Below, piece after piece: positions 34,985-44,713 of a stretch of 64,000 nucleotides of DNA. The notes under the pieces are model-generated. The model saw only the letters and a program-made list of their open reading frames with translations. It was not told where the DNA came from and ran no database searches. The stretch comes from Actinomycetes bacterium (GTDB lineage: Bacteria > Actinomycetota > Acidimicrobiia > Acidimicrobiales > CADCSY01). The DNA is taken from positions 56,085-120,084 of the forward strand of contig JANNOZ010000002.1 of the NCBI GenBank assembly GCA_031399525.1. Reading direction: 5' to 3'. Numbering within the stretch: the first letter of the stretch is position 1; each line of letters begins with the position of its first letter. The position numbers were made by a program, and so were the translations under genes.

Positions 34985-36160
34985 ATGACCATGCGCTTCT
35001 CGACCTTCCACGTGCCCATCACCCCCGGTCCCGACGCCGATGCCGCGGTGGTCGATGCCCTCATCGAACGCATCTTCATCGCCGACGAGGGCGGGTTCGC
35101 CTGTATCTACGGACCCGAGCACCATTTCGACAACTACACGACCTACGGCAACAACTTCATGTTGATGGCCTACCTGGCTCCGCAGATGAAGCAGGCGTAC
35201 GTCGGCACCTCTCTCGTGGTCGTCCCGATGCACCACCCAGCTCGCCTGGCCGAGCAAGCCAACCTCCTCGACCTGCTCAGCAAGGGCCGGTTCATCCTCG
35301 GTATCGGCGGCGGCGGGATCCCCCTCGAGTCGGCCGGCTTCAACCTGCATACCGCCGACCAGTACGACATCCACACCGAGAACTTCGATGTGGTCGTCGA
35401 CCTCTGGAACAAGAAGCCCGAAGACCCGCCCATCGAGTTCGAGGTGCGCGACCTCTACAAGGGGACGCTCTACCAGCGGATCATGCCCGCGCCCCACCGA
35501 CCCGACGGCCCTCTGGTGAAGCTGGCCATCACCAGTCCCGATCGCATCGACCGGGCCGCCCGCAATGGCTGGGCCGCGTTCGCCGGTGGGCCGATGGCGC
35601 TCATGTACAAGAAGGCGCTGATCGACTGCGGCCACAGCCCCGAGAAGATCGACGAGCTGCTGACCTGGACGTCGGGCACCGCCACCTTGCACGTCGCCGA
35701 GACCGACGCCCAGGCCAGGGAGGAGATGCTCGGGCAACTCCGGACCCGCACCGACTGGGTCCAGGGTGAGTACGCGCTCGAGGAGGCCACCGTCAATCAG
35801 TGGATGCGGCTCAAGCACGAGGGATTCGGGCGGGCCCCCGCCCGCGACGAGGACCTCCTCGGTCGAGCCATCTACGGCACGCCCGAGACGGTCATCGAGA
35901 AGCTGAAGCCGATGGCCGACATGGGCACCCGCGAGGTTTTGCTCATGATGGACAACGGGATCCAGACCCCCGAGCGGATGGCCGAACACAAGCGGTGCAT
36001 GGAGCTGTTCACCCAAGAGGTCGTCCCGTTCTTCGACGCCTACGAGCCCGACCTCGACCACGGTCGAGCCCTCGTGCGGGAGCAGTTCGAGTCGATGCCC
36101 CCGCCGGTGCGCGAGCACATGGGCGACATCGACATTGACGCACTCGCCGAGCTCGTCTGA
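34985..36160 (+). CDS. LLM-class flavin-dependent oxidoreductase
   Basis: PEHHF, HHPARLAEQANLLDLLSKGRFILGIG, IYGTPE. Confidence 0.9.
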   Translation: MTMRFSTFHVPITPGPDADAAVVDALIERIFIADEGGFACIYGPEHHFDNYTTYGNNFMLMAYLAPQMKQAYVGTSLVVVPMHHPARLAEQANLLDLLSKGRFILGIGGGGIPLESAGFNLHTADQYDIHTENFDVVVDLWNKKPEDPPIEFEVRDLYKGTLYQRIMPAPHRPDGPLVKLAITSPDRIDRAARNGWAAFAGGPMALMYKKALIDCGHSPEKIDELLTWTSGTATLHVAETDAQAREEMLGQLRTRTDWVQGEYALEEATVNQWMRLKHEGFGRAPARDEDLLGRAIYGTPETVIEKLKPMADMGTREVLLMMDNGIQTPERMAEHKRCMELFTQEVVPFFDAYEPDLDHGRALVREQFESMPPPVREHMGDIDIDALAELV

Positions 36161-36196
36161 CCACAGATCGGCGGTCGGGCTCTACTCCCCCCTGAG

Positions 36197-36856
36197 TCAG
36201 AGTCCGACCGCCCTCCACACCCTCGGGTCTTCGAGGGTGTCGACCACCAGGTCGGCTTCGAGGTCGAGACCCGGCGACGAAGGCACCCCGATCACGAACA
36301 AGCCCGCGGCTCGGGCCGCAGCGACACCCGTGGGCGAGTCCTCGAGAGCCACTGCGGTGTGGGGCGGGGCGCCGAGACTGGCGCAGGCCAGGAGGTAGAG
36401 GTCGGGGGCTGGCTTGGCCTCGGTCACGCCTGGGTCGTCGGAGGCGTGCATCGAGTGGAAGTGGTGGCCCAGAGAGGCTCGGGTGATCACCAGCTCGAGG
36501 AACGCCCGGGACGAGTTCGAGGCCACCGCCATGGGCCGGGCGGGGTGGCCTCCGAGCGCGTCGAGCAAGTCAGCCGCCCCGGGCATGGGTTGGCAGGGCC
36601 AGTCCGCTGCGTGGGCGAAGACCAACTCGACCAGCTCTGCGGCCAGCGCATCGCCCTTCCCAGGCCGATCGAGGACGTCGGCGATGTAGGCGCCGGCCCT
36701 GTCCAACGGCCCACCAACGATCGCCGCCTTGTGGACCGGGGTGAACTCGACGCCGTAGCGGGCGAACAACTCGGTCTCGGCCGCGGTCCAGCACGACTCG
36801 GTGTCGAGCAGCAGTCCGTCGCAATCGAACACGACAGCCGTCGGAGCCTGGCCCAC
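36197..36856 (-). CDS. HAD family phosphatase
   Basis: FDCDGLLLDTE, VASNS, KPAPD, LEDSPTG. Confidence 0.92.
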   Translation of the reverse strand: MGQAPTAVVFDCDGLLLDTESCWTAAETELFARYGVEFTPVHKAAIVGGPLDRAGAYIADVLDRPGKGDALAAELVELVFAHAADWPCQPMPGAADLLDALGGHPARPMAVASNSSRAFLELVITRASLGHHFHSMHASDDPGVTEAKPAPDLYLLACASLGAPPHTAVALEDSPTGVAAARAAGLFVIGVPSSPGLDLEADLVVDTLEDPRVWRAVGL

Positions 36857-36864
36857 ACCCCAAT

Positions 36865-36905
36865 TCTGGAGTGTTGTGGGGCTCCGAACCCCACCACACT
36901 CCAGA
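36865..36905. repeat. Long palindrome in a divergent intergenic region
   Basis: TCTGGAGTGTTGTGGGG-CTCCGAA-CCCCACCACACTCCAGA (17-bp stem, 1 mismatch). Confidence 0.8.
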
Positions 36906-36927
36906 TTCCAGCCAAACGGGTGCAACC

Positions 36928-37665
36928 ATGGACATCGTGATGGCCCGCATCCCTGCGCGACTCGTGGCCGTCGTACTCGCTCTGGTGCTCATGGCCACAG
37001 CCGCGTGCACCAGCCAGTCCCAGCGGCTCGCCGATGGACCCTCCTCCACGGCGGCGCCGGTCACCTACGTGGCGGTCGGAGCGTCGGACTCGGTCGGCGT
37101 CGGCACCGACGACCCGACCCTCGACGCATGGCCGGTGGTCCTGACCCGCACCGCTCTGCCCGCCGGTTCGACCCTCGACAACTTCGGGCGCAACGGCGCC
37201 ACCGTGGCCAGCGCCCTCGATGAACAGCTCGCGCCCGCATTGGCCACCGAACCGACCCTGGTAACGGTCTTCCTGGCCGTGAACGACCTGCGCATCGCCA
37301 CCTCGGTCGCCACCTACGAGGCCCAACTGAGCCAGCTGGTCGGGGCGCTTCGGCGCGACGGTTCGACTCGGGTCCTGCTGGGCAACCTGCCGCCGGTCGA
37401 CCACCTGCCGCTCTACCGGTCCCAGGCGGGGACGACGTTTCCCGAGCCGGCCGTGGTCGTCGCCCTGGTCGCCGATTTCAATGAAGCCATCAGCCGGGTG
37501 GCCGACGAAACGGGCGCCGAATTGGTCGACCTGCACGCAGTGATGACCGAGGCCATCGCCAATGGCACGGTCGACGGCCTCATCTCCGGCGACGGCTTCC
37601 ACCCCAGCACCGCGGGCAACGTGGCCATCGCCGACGCCTTCGCCGCAGTGCTCGAGCTCAGCTGA
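36928..37665 (+). CDS. SGNH/GDSL esterase lipoprotein
   Basis: VAVGASDSVG, GRNGA, LAVND and DGFHPS motifs intact. Confidence 0.9.
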   Translation: MDIVMARIPARLVAVVLALVLMATAACTSQSQRLADGPSSTAAPVTYVAVGASDSVGVGTDDPTLDAWPVVLTRTALPAGSTLDNFGRNGATVASALDEQLAPALATEPTLVTVFLAVNDLRIATSVATYEAQLSQLVGALRRDGSTRVLLGNLPPVDHLPLYRSQAGTTFPEPAVVVALVADFNEAISRVADETGAELVDLHAVMTEAIANGTVDGLISGDGFHPSTAGNVAIADAFAAVLELS

Positions 37666-37681
37666 ACTAGCGGCGCCCCGC

Positions 37682-38758
37682 CTAGACGTTGAAGCGGAAC
37701 TCACAGACGTCGCCGTCGGCCACCTCGTAGTCCTTGCCCTCGATACGGAGCTTGCCGATGTCACGGGCTCCCGACCACGAGCCGATCTCGAGCAACTCGT
37801 CCCAGCGCACGACCTCGGCCTTGATGAAGCCCCGCTGGAAGTCGGTGTGGATCACTCCGGCCGCCTCGGGCGCCTTGGCCCCGGCCCGGAAGGTCCAGGC
37901 CCGACTCTCCTTCTCGCCAGTGGTGAAGAAGGTCCGCAGCCCGAGCAGCTCGTAGGCGGCCCGGATGAGTCGGGGCAGCGCCCCTTCGTCGAGGCCGTAG
38001 CCGGCGAGGAGCTCGGCCCGCTCGTCGTCGTCGAGCTGGGACGCCTCGGCCTCGAGTTGCACGCACACCGGGAGCACCGCCGCCCCCGACCCGAACGCCT
38101 CGGCCACCGGAGCCGCCAACTCTTCGGCCCGTTCGAGATCGTCTTCGCCGATGTTGACCACGACCAGCACCGGCTTGTTGGTCAGGAGGAACCAGGGCGC
38201 CAGCAAGCTCCGCTGCTCGGCGGTGAGCGTCGACCGGTAGAGCGGCGTGCCCTCGGCTAGGGCGGCCATTGCAGCATCGAGGGCGTCGACCTCGGCCAGC
38301 AGGCTCTTGTCGAGCTTGGCCAACTTCCGTTGGCGTTCGACCCGCCCCTCGACGGCGGCCAAGTCGGCCAGGGCCAACTCGGTCTCGACCACGGCCAGGT
38401 GTTCGAGGGGGTCGGTGGGGCCCATCACGTCGGCGTCGGCGAAGGCCCGCAACACGAACACGATGGCGTCGACTTCACGGATATGAGCCAGGAACCGGTT
38501 GCCCAACCCCTCGCCCTGGTTGGCCCCCTCGACCAGTCCGCCGATGTCGACGAACTCGACGGTGGCCGGAACCACCTTGGCGCTCTTGGACAGCTCGGCC
38601 AGGCGAGTCAGGCGCTCGTCGGGGACCACGGCGACGCCCACGTTTGGGTCGACGGTCGCAAAGGGATAGGCCGCGGCCAACGCGGATCCCCCCGACAGTG
38701 CGTTGAACAGCGAGCTCTTGCCGGCATTGGGCAACCCGACGAACCCGAAGCGCTCCAT
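37682..38758 (-). CDS. ychF: Redox-regulated ATPase YchF
   Basis: GLPNAGKS, YPFAT, DIGGLV..GEGLGNRFL, AGVIHTDF, TGS end RFNV. Confidence 0.96.
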   Translation of the reverse strand: MERFGFVGLPNAGKSSLFNALSGGSALAAAYPFATVDPNVGVAVVPDERLTRLAELSKSAKVVPATVEFVDIGGLVEGANQGEGLGNRFLAHIREVDAIVFVLRAFADADVMGPTDPLEHLAVVETELALADLAAVEGRVERQRKLAKLDKSLLAEVDALDAAMAALAEGTPLYRSTLTAEQRSLLAPWFLLTNKPVLVVVNIGEDDLERAEELAAPVAEAFGSGAAVLPVCVQLEAEASQLDDDERAELLAGYGLDEGALPRLIRAAYELLGLRTFFTTGEKESRAWTFRAGAKAPEAAGVIHTDFQRGFIKAEVVRWDELLEIGSWSGARDIGKLRIEGKDYEVADGDVCEFRFNV

Positions 38759-38767
38759 GGTCAGCCC

Positions 38768-39562
38768 TCAGTCCTTCGGTGTGTAGCGGAACTTCCACAC
38801 GGCCATGACCGCCCCGAACATGCCCCACAAGACCAGGACGAACAGGCTCCAGGGAGAGAATCCCAGACCGGTCGCCGACGGGTCGAACGCCGCGAGCATG
38901 GCGTTGAAGAGGTGGCGCACCGGGAAGAGGGCGGCCACGTTGAGCAGCCACTCCGTCTTCTGCAACTCGGATTCGGGGATGAAGATCCCCGAGATGAAGT
39001 AGAGCGGCAGCAGGATGCCATTGGTGACCGCGGCAGCGGCATCTTCGTTCGGGATGATCAGGGTCATGGCGAACCCGAGGCTGCAACCCGCGGCCGCCCC
39101 CACGATCAGGGTCACGATCACCGCCGGCATCGTGGTGGTGGGAATGGCCACGCCGTAGACCACCGCGCCGATGCCCAGCACGATCACCATCAACATGAGC
39201 GCCACGATCACCCGAGTGACGACCTGGCCGGCGAGGAACACCCACCTAGGCAGCGGCGTCGCTTCCACCCGTTTGAGGATGCCCCGGTCCCGGGCCACCA
39301 CGAGCGAGAACGACAGGCTCACGACCGTCGCCGAGATGATCGACAGCGACAAGATGCTGGGCACGTAATAGGTGGCGCCGTTGATGATCGTGTCACCGAC
39401 CTCGATTTCGGCGTTGCCGAAGATCGTGGTGAAGAGGAACAGGAAGATGAGCGGCAGCAGGAACGTGAAGAAGACCGACGCCGGGTTGCGGAAGAAGATC
39501 CGGAGGTCGGAACGAGTCTGGTGAAGGACGAGGCGCCCGGTGGCGGTCGCCGAGGTGCTCAC
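38768..39562 (-). CDS. ABC-2 type exporter permease
   Basis: FFRNP..FFTFLLP, RDRGILKR..TPL, FISGIFIP. Confidence 0.9.
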   Translation of the reverse strand: MSTSATATGRLVLHQTRSDLRIFFRNPASVFFTFLLPLIFLFLFTTIFGNAEIEVGDTIINGATYYVPSILSLSIISATVVSLSFSLVVARDRGILKRVEATPLPRWVFLAGQVVTRVIVALMLMVIVLGIGAVVYGVAIPTTTMPAVIVTLIVGAAAGCSLGFAMTLIIPNEDAAAAVTNGILLPLYFISGIFIPESELQKTEWLLNVAALFPVRHLFNAMLAAFDPSATGLGFSPWSLFVLVLWGMFGAVMAVWKFRYTPKD

Positions 39563-40551
39563 GTGGTCACCACCTCGCCGGTGAGCTCGAGGTAGATGTC
39601 TTCCAGCGTCGGCCGGCGGGCTTCGATCCCCACCAGCTCCACGCCTGCTTGCTGGGCCCACCCGCACAGCAGGGCGAGATCGGCGACCGGCGTGCGGGTC
39701 CCGATGGTGTGGAACCCTTCGGCGTCGACCACGGCGCGGGGGCCGAGCGCCTCGGGCAGCGTCGCTCCGGGGGACAGCCCGAACCGGATCGTGGTGATCT
39801 GCAGCGCATCGCCGCCGATCTCCGCCGGGGGCCCTTCGGCCACGATCCGGCCCCCCTGGATGATGGCCACCCGGTCGGCCAGCGACTGAGCCTCGTCGAG
39901 GTAGTGGGTGGTGAGGAACACGGTCTTCCCCAGTTCCTTGAGGCCCTCGATCATGGCCCACGCCTCGCGACGGGCGGCCGGATCGAACCCGGTGGTGGGC
40001 TCGTCGAGGAAGAGAAGGTCGGGGTTGCCGACGAGGGCCAGGGCCACATCGAGGCGTCGGCGCTGGCCACCAGAGAGGCGCCGGGCTCGCCGATCGCCGG
40101 CTTCGGTCAGCCCGACCACGTCGAGAACGTGCTCGACGTCGAGGGGCGCCTCGTAGTACCCGGCAAAGAGCCGGACCAGCTCACGAGCGGTGAGCTCGCG
40201 CTGCACGTCGCCACTCTGGAGAACCACCCCGACCCTCGACCGCCAGGCCAGGTCGGGCTGGCTGGGGTCGGTGCCCAACACGACAACCTCTCCGGCGTCG
40301 CGCTCTCGGTAGCCCTCGAGGATCTCGACCGTGGTCGTCTTTCCGGCTCCGTTGGGGCCGAGGAAGGCGAACACTTCGCCCGTCTCGACGGTCAGGTCGA
40401 TGCCCCGGACCGCCTCGAGCTTGCCGTAGGACTTGCGCAGGCCCCGCACGAAGATGGCCGGCCCAGACACGTCGGCGGAGACTAACGGGTCGCCCCGGGG
40501 CGACGACCTTTCACCCCGATCGGGCGATGCCACCGCCTCGGTCAGCGCCAT
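39559..40551 (-). CDS. ABC exporter ATP-binding protein (true start may be GTG at 40470)
   Basis: GPNGAGKTT, LSGGQ, LDEPT, TTHY. Confidence 0.93.
   Translation of the reverse strand: MALTEAVASPDRGERSSPRGDPLVSADVSGPAIFVRGLRKSYGKLEAVRGIDLTVETGEVFAFLGPNGAGKTTTVEILEGYRERDAGEVVVLGTDPSQPDLAWRSRVGVVLQSGDVQRELTARELVRLFAGYYEAPLDVEHVLDVVGLTEAGDRRARRLSGGQRRRLDVALALVGNPDLLFLDEPTTGFDPAARREAWAMIEGLKELGKTVFLTTHYLDEAQSLADRVAIIQGGRIVAEGPPAEIGGDALQITTIRFGLSPGATLPEALGPRAVVDAEGFHTIGTRTPVADLALLCGWAQQAGVELVGIEARRPTLEDIYLELTGEVVTT
40490..40527. promoter_or_regulatory. Tandem putative operators upstream of the second SulP gene
   Basis: TCGCCC-N5-CGACGA at 40490 and TCACCC-N5-GGGCGA at 40511, 21 bp apart. Confidence 0.55.
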
Positions 40552-40617
40552 AGGTTCACCTGGCGGTCATGTTGGGTCCATTGGGACGTCGGGACCGAGA
40601 TCACCAGGAGAGGGGCG

Positions 40618-42399
40618 ATGGCCGACACCACCACGACGCCTGGGGCCCGGCGTCGGCTCCCGATCCTCCAAGGGGTCCTCCCCATCGACCGGAGAACGAT
40701 CTCCGTCGAGGTCTTGGCGGGGGTGACCCTGGCCGCGCTGGCCATCCCCGAGGTCATGGGCTACACGACGATCGCCGGCATGCCCGTGATCACCGGCCTC
40801 TACACGATCCTCCTGCCGATGCTGGCCTTTGCCGTGTTCGGCTCGTCCCGCCACCTCGTGGTGGGCGCCGATTCCGCCACCGCCGCAGTGATGGCCGCCG
40901 GTCTGGCCGGCATGGCTGCGTCGGGGTCGAGCGAATACGTCGCTCTCGCCGGTCTCTTGGCGATCATGGCCGCCTGCTTCTTGATCGTGGCCCGGCTGGT
41001 CAAACTGGGCTTCCTCGCCGACTTCCTTTCCCGAACCGTCCTCGTCGGCTTCCTCACCGGGGTCGGCATTCAGGTCGCGGCCGGTCAGGTCGGTGGGATG
41101 CTCGGTATCCCCGAAGGGACGGGCATCACCGTCGCCGGCCACGAGTTCACCAACACCATCGCCAAGCTCCTCAGCACCCTCCAGAACCTCAGCGACACCA
41201 GCATGACCACGCTGGCCGTGTCGGCCGGGGTGCTCCTCGTGATCCTCGGGTCCAAGGTGGTGACCGACAAGGTGCCGGGGGCGCTCATCGCCGTGATCGG
41301 CGCCATCGTCATCAGTTGGCAGCTCGATCTGGTGTCCCATGGCGTGGCCACGCTCGGCAAGGTGCCGGGCGGCCTGCCCAGCCTCGGTGTCCCCGAGGTG
41401 ACCTGGTCTGACATCCCGTCGCTCCTCGGCACCGCGGCGTCGATCTTCGTGCTGATCCTGGCCCAGAGCGCGGCGACGTCACGGGCCTATGCGGCGAAGT
41501 TCAACGAGAAGTTCGACGAGAACCTCGACCTGGTCGGACTGGGTGCCGCCAACCTGTTGGCCGGCGTCTCGGGAACCTTCGTGGTCAACGGCAGTCCGAC
41601 CAAGACGCAGATGGTCGACAGCGCCGGCGGTCGCAGCCAACTGGCCCAGATCACCACCGGCGTGATCGTCGCGGTCGTGCTCCTCTTCCTCACCGTCCCC
41701 CTTCAGTACTTACCCAAGGCGGTGCTGGCCTCGGTGGTCTTCCTGATCGGCGTCGAGCTGGTCGACATCCCGGGCATGGCCAAGATCCTTCGCGTCCGCC
41801 CCGACGAGTTCGTGGTCGCCACCCTCACGGCCGTCACCGTCGTGTTGGTGGGCGTCGAGCAGGGCATCGTGTTGGCCATCGTGCTGTCGCTGATCGACCA
41901 CCTGCAACGCTCCTACCGTCCGGCCACCGCCGTGCTCACGCCGACCGCGGACTCCTCGGTCTGGCACGGCACGCCGGTTTCACCCGACGCCCGCAGCGTC
42001 CCGGGCCTGATCGTCTACCGGTTCTCCTCCGGCCTCTACTACGCCAACGCCAACCACCTCTTCGAAGAGATCACCGGCTTCCTCCCCGCCACGCCCGACC
42101 GTCCCCTCTCGTGGCTGTGCCTCGACTGTGCGGCGATCGCCGACATCGACTACTCAGGCGGGCAGACACTCCGCCAACTGCAGGGTGAGCTCGACGAGCA
42201 TGGTGTGCGATTCGTGGTTGCCGAGGCGACGGAGGTGGTGGTGGCCGAACTCGAACGGTACGGCCTCACCGATCTGCTCGGGCCGGGCGCCGTGTTCCCC
42301 TCGGTCACCGACGCGGTCAGCGCCTTTCAGGCCGAGTCGACCAGCACCCGGCCAGCCGACGACGGAGTCGAAACCAGCCCAGACGAGGAGCGGACATGA
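40618..42399 (+). CDS. SulP family anion transporter with STAS domain
   Basis: IPEVMGY, GSSRHLVVGADSATA, VNGSPTKT, YRFSSGLYYANA. Confidence 0.95.
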   Translation: MADTTTTPGARRRLPILQGVLPIDRRTISVEVLAGVTLAALAIPEVMGYTTIAGMPVITGLYTILLPMLAFAVFGSSRHLVVGADSATAAVMAAGLAGMAASGSSEYVALAGLLAIMAACFLIVARLVKLGFLADFLSRTVLVGFLTGVGIQVAAGQVGGMLGIPEGTGITVAGHEFTNTIAKLLSTLQNLSDTSMTTLAVSAGVLLVILGSKVVTDKVPGALIAVIGAIVISWQLDLVSHGVATLGKVPGGLPSLGVPEVTWSDIPSLLGTAASIFVLILAQSAATSRAYAAKFNEKFDENLDLVGLGAANLLAGVSGTFVVNGSPTKTQMVDSAGGRSQLAQITTGVIVAVVLLFLTVPLQYLPKAVLASVVFLIGVELVDIPGMAKILRVRPDEFVVATLTAVTVVLVGVEQGIVLAIVLSLIDHLQRSYRPATAVLTPTADSSVWHGTPVSPDARSVPGLIVYRFSSGLYYANANHLFEEITGFLPATPDRPLSWLCLDCAAIADIDYSGGQTLRQLQGELDEHGVRFVVAEATEVVVAELERYGLTDLLGPGAVFPSVTDAVSAFQAESTSTRPADDGVETSPDEERT

Positions 42400-43838
42400 C
42401 CGATCTGGCCCACGACGAGAACGACGACCAGGGCCGGCCGACACATGTCGAGCACCCCACCGTCGACGAACGCCGGGCCCGGGGCAAGGTCGCCCGTCGA
42501 GTCTCGCCCCGAACCAACCACGCGGCGTGGACCGCGCCCGCCGGCCGCGACGCGATCGCCGTGCTCGAAGCCCAGGCCCCGACCCGGGTCGCCGAGCTGG
42601 TGCCCATCCGCTACGGCCGCATGGCCGCCAACCCGTTCGCCTTCTACCGAGGCGCGGCGGCGATCATGGCCGCCGACATCGCCGCGTCGACCCCGCGCAC
42701 CCACCTCGACGTGCAGCTCTGCGGCGACGCCCACCTGGCCAACTTCGGGGGGTTCGCCTCGCCCGAACGCTCCTTCGTGTTCGACATCAACGACTTCGAC
42801 GAGACCCACCGAGGACCGTTCGAATGGGATCTCAAGCGCTTGGCCGCCAGCATCGAGATCGCCGCCCGAAGCCGGGGCTTCGACGCCGCGATCGCCCGAA
42901 CGGCAGTGCTCAAGAGCGTGCGCCACTATCGCGAGTCGATGCGGACGTTCGCGTCGATGCGGAATCTCGACCTGTGGTACGTCCGCCTCGACGTCGACGG
43001 CATCCGGGCCCGATGGGGCTCCGATCTCGGCGCGAAAGCCATGAAGACCTTCGAGCGTGGGGTGGTCAAGGCCGAATCGAAGGATCGGCTCAAGGCCATG
43101 GCCAAGCTCACCACTCTGGTCGACGGTGAACTGCGGTTCCTCAGCGATCCTCCGCTGCTCGTCCCGGTGGAGGAGCTCTTCGCCGAGCTCGATCCGGCGG
43201 CGGTCCACGCTGGGATCCAGACCGCCTACCACGGGTACCGGCGCTCGCTGGCGGGCGACCGTCGCCATCTGCTCGAGGGCTACCGCATGGTCGATCTGGC
43301 TCGCAAGGTCGTCGGCGTGGGCAGCGTGGGGACCAGGGCGTGGGTGTTGCTGCTCGTCGGCCGGGACGAGGGTGACCCGCTGTTCCTCCAGGTCAAGGAG
43401 GCCGAGGCATCGGTCCTCGAGCCCTTCTCGACCAAGAGTGGCTTTGCCAACCATGGCCAGCGAGTGGTCGAGGGTCAGCGCCTGATGCAGGCCGCGAGCG
43501 ACATCTTCCTCGGTTGGCAGCGCACCGATGGCGTCGATGGCCGCCCCCACGACTACTACATGCGCCAGCTCTGGGACTGGAAGGCGTCGGTCAACCTCGA
43601 GGTCATCGCGCCCGAGATCCTTGGCATCTACGCCGAGATGTGCGCATGGACCCTGGCTCGGGCCCACGCCCGTTCGGGTGACCCGATCGCCATCAGCTCG
43701 TACCTGGGCGCCAGTGACACGTTCGACAACGCCATCGCGGAGTTCGCGGTCGCCTACGCCGACCAGAACGACCGCGACCATCGGGCCCTGACCGATTCCA
43801 TCACCGCGGGCCGAATCGATGCCACCTTGGGCGTGTAG
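42396..43838 (+). CDS. DUF2252 family protein (kinase-like)
   Basis: RYGRM..PFAFYRGAA, CGDAHLANFG, FDINDFDE, KVVGVGSVGTR, LQVKEA, YMRQLWDWK, LARAHARSGD. Confidence 0.93.
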   Translation: MTDLAHDENDDQGRPTHVEHPTVDERRARGKVARRVSPRTNHAAWTAPAGRDAIAVLEAQAPTRVAELVPIRYGRMAANPFAFYRGAAAIMAADIAASTPRTHLDVQLCGDAHLANFGGFASPERSFVFDINDFDETHRGPFEWDLKRLAASIEIAARSRGFDAAIARTAVLKSVRHYRESMRTFASMRNLDLWYVRLDVDGIRARWGSDLGAKAMKTFERGVVKAESKDRLKAMAKLTTLVDGELRFLSDPPLLVPVEELFAELDPAAVHAGIQTAYHGYRRSLAGDRRHLLEGYRMVDLARKVVGVGSVGTRAWVLLLVGRDEGDPLFLQVKEAEASVLEPFSTKSGFANHGQRVVEGQRLMQAASDIFLGWQRTDGVDGRPHDYYMRQLWDWKASVNLEVIAPEILGIYAEMCAWTLARAHARSGDPIAISSYLGASDTFDNAIAEFAVAYADQNDRDHRALTDSITAGRIDATLGV

Positions 43839-43874
43839 CCCACAGTGGGTGATGCCGTCACGATGCCCGGGTGC
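43836..43874. promoter_or_regulatory. Tandem putative operators upstream of the second SHOCT gene
   Basis: TAGCCC-N5-GGGTGA at 43836 and TCACGA-N5-GGGTGC at 43858. Confidence 0.5.
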
Positions 43875-43945
43875 TTGGCTGGGTGCGCACTGCCCTTGCC
43901 CGCCCGTTCGCCGGGTGGGTCCTGCGACCGAACGAGGAGACCTCG

Positions 43946-44266
43946 ATGGGAATGATGATGCGCCGTCGTCGCCCGATTGCCCGGATGGCTGTCGGAGCCG
44001 CTGTGGCCGGCACCGCCTACCACGCCGGCAAGGCCAACGCCCAACAGGACCAGATCAACGATCAGGCCCAGGATGCCTACGCCGCTACTCAGGCCCAGCA
44101 GTACGCCCCACCGCCGCCCGCCGCGCCCTACACGTCGGAGCCTACGGCCGCCCCCGTCGTCGACGAGCAGACGGCCCAGCTGCAGAACCTGGCCCAGCTC
44201 CACACCTCGGGTGTCCTGACCGACGAAGAGTTCAGCGCGGCCAAAGCCAAGCTGCTCGGCATCTGA
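43946..44266 (+). CDS. SHOCT domain protein
   Basis: GAGGAG SD; ends QLQNLAQLHTSGVLTDEEFSAAKAKLLGI. Confidence 0.9.
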   Translation: MGMMMRRRRPIARMAVGAAVAGTAYHAGKANAQQDQINDQAQDAYAATQAQQYAPPPPAAPYTSEPTAAPVVDEQTAQLQNLAQLHTSGVLTDEEFSAAKAKLLGI

Positions 44267-44292
44267 CCGCCTCGCTCGAACCGGAGACCCCC

Positions 44293-44712
44293 GTGCCTAC
44301 ATCCCATGAAGCCGTGTTCCTGCTCGCCATCGAGGCGGCCGTGGTCGGCGATCCCATCACCGTCGAAGAGATTTTCACCGAAGACGTCGTCGCCTGGTCG
44401 CCGATCCTGTCGGCTGGATCCCGTGACGAGCTGGCGCTGGCCTACGCCGAGCGCGACAACTCGCTGTCGAACATCGAGTTCGCTGTCGACGCCCTCGACG
44501 TCATCGGCGACAAGGTGATCGCCGAGTGGCGTCTCGCGGCCGACCACACCGGCCCGATCGTGTTCGACGAGGACGTCGTGGTCGAAGCGACCGGTCGGCG
44601 GATCATCCTGGCCGGGGCGTCCTTCGCCGAGTTCCGGGGCGAGCAGATCTCGGCCATGCGAACCTACTTCGACGACGCCGCCCTCATCGAGCAGCTCCTC
44701 ATCGAGGACTGA
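44293..44712 (+). CDS. SnoaL/NTF2-like protein
   Basis: FTEDVVAWSP, VIAEWRLAADHTG, ATGRRI, ISAMRTYFD. Confidence 0.88.
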   Translation: MPTSHEAVFLLAIEAAVVGDPITVEEIFTEDVVAWSPILSAGSRDELALAYAERDNSLSNIEFAVDALDVIGDKVIAEWRLAADHTGPIVFDEDVVVEATGRRIILAGASFAEFRGEQISAMRTYFDDAALIEQLLIED

Positions 44713-44713
44713 C

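Noticed and set aside
42120-42165. SpoIIAA-like phospho-serine in the SulP STAS domain
   Set aside because: The motif is DYSG (DTDG in the paralog), not DS[S/T]G, so it gives no direct support.
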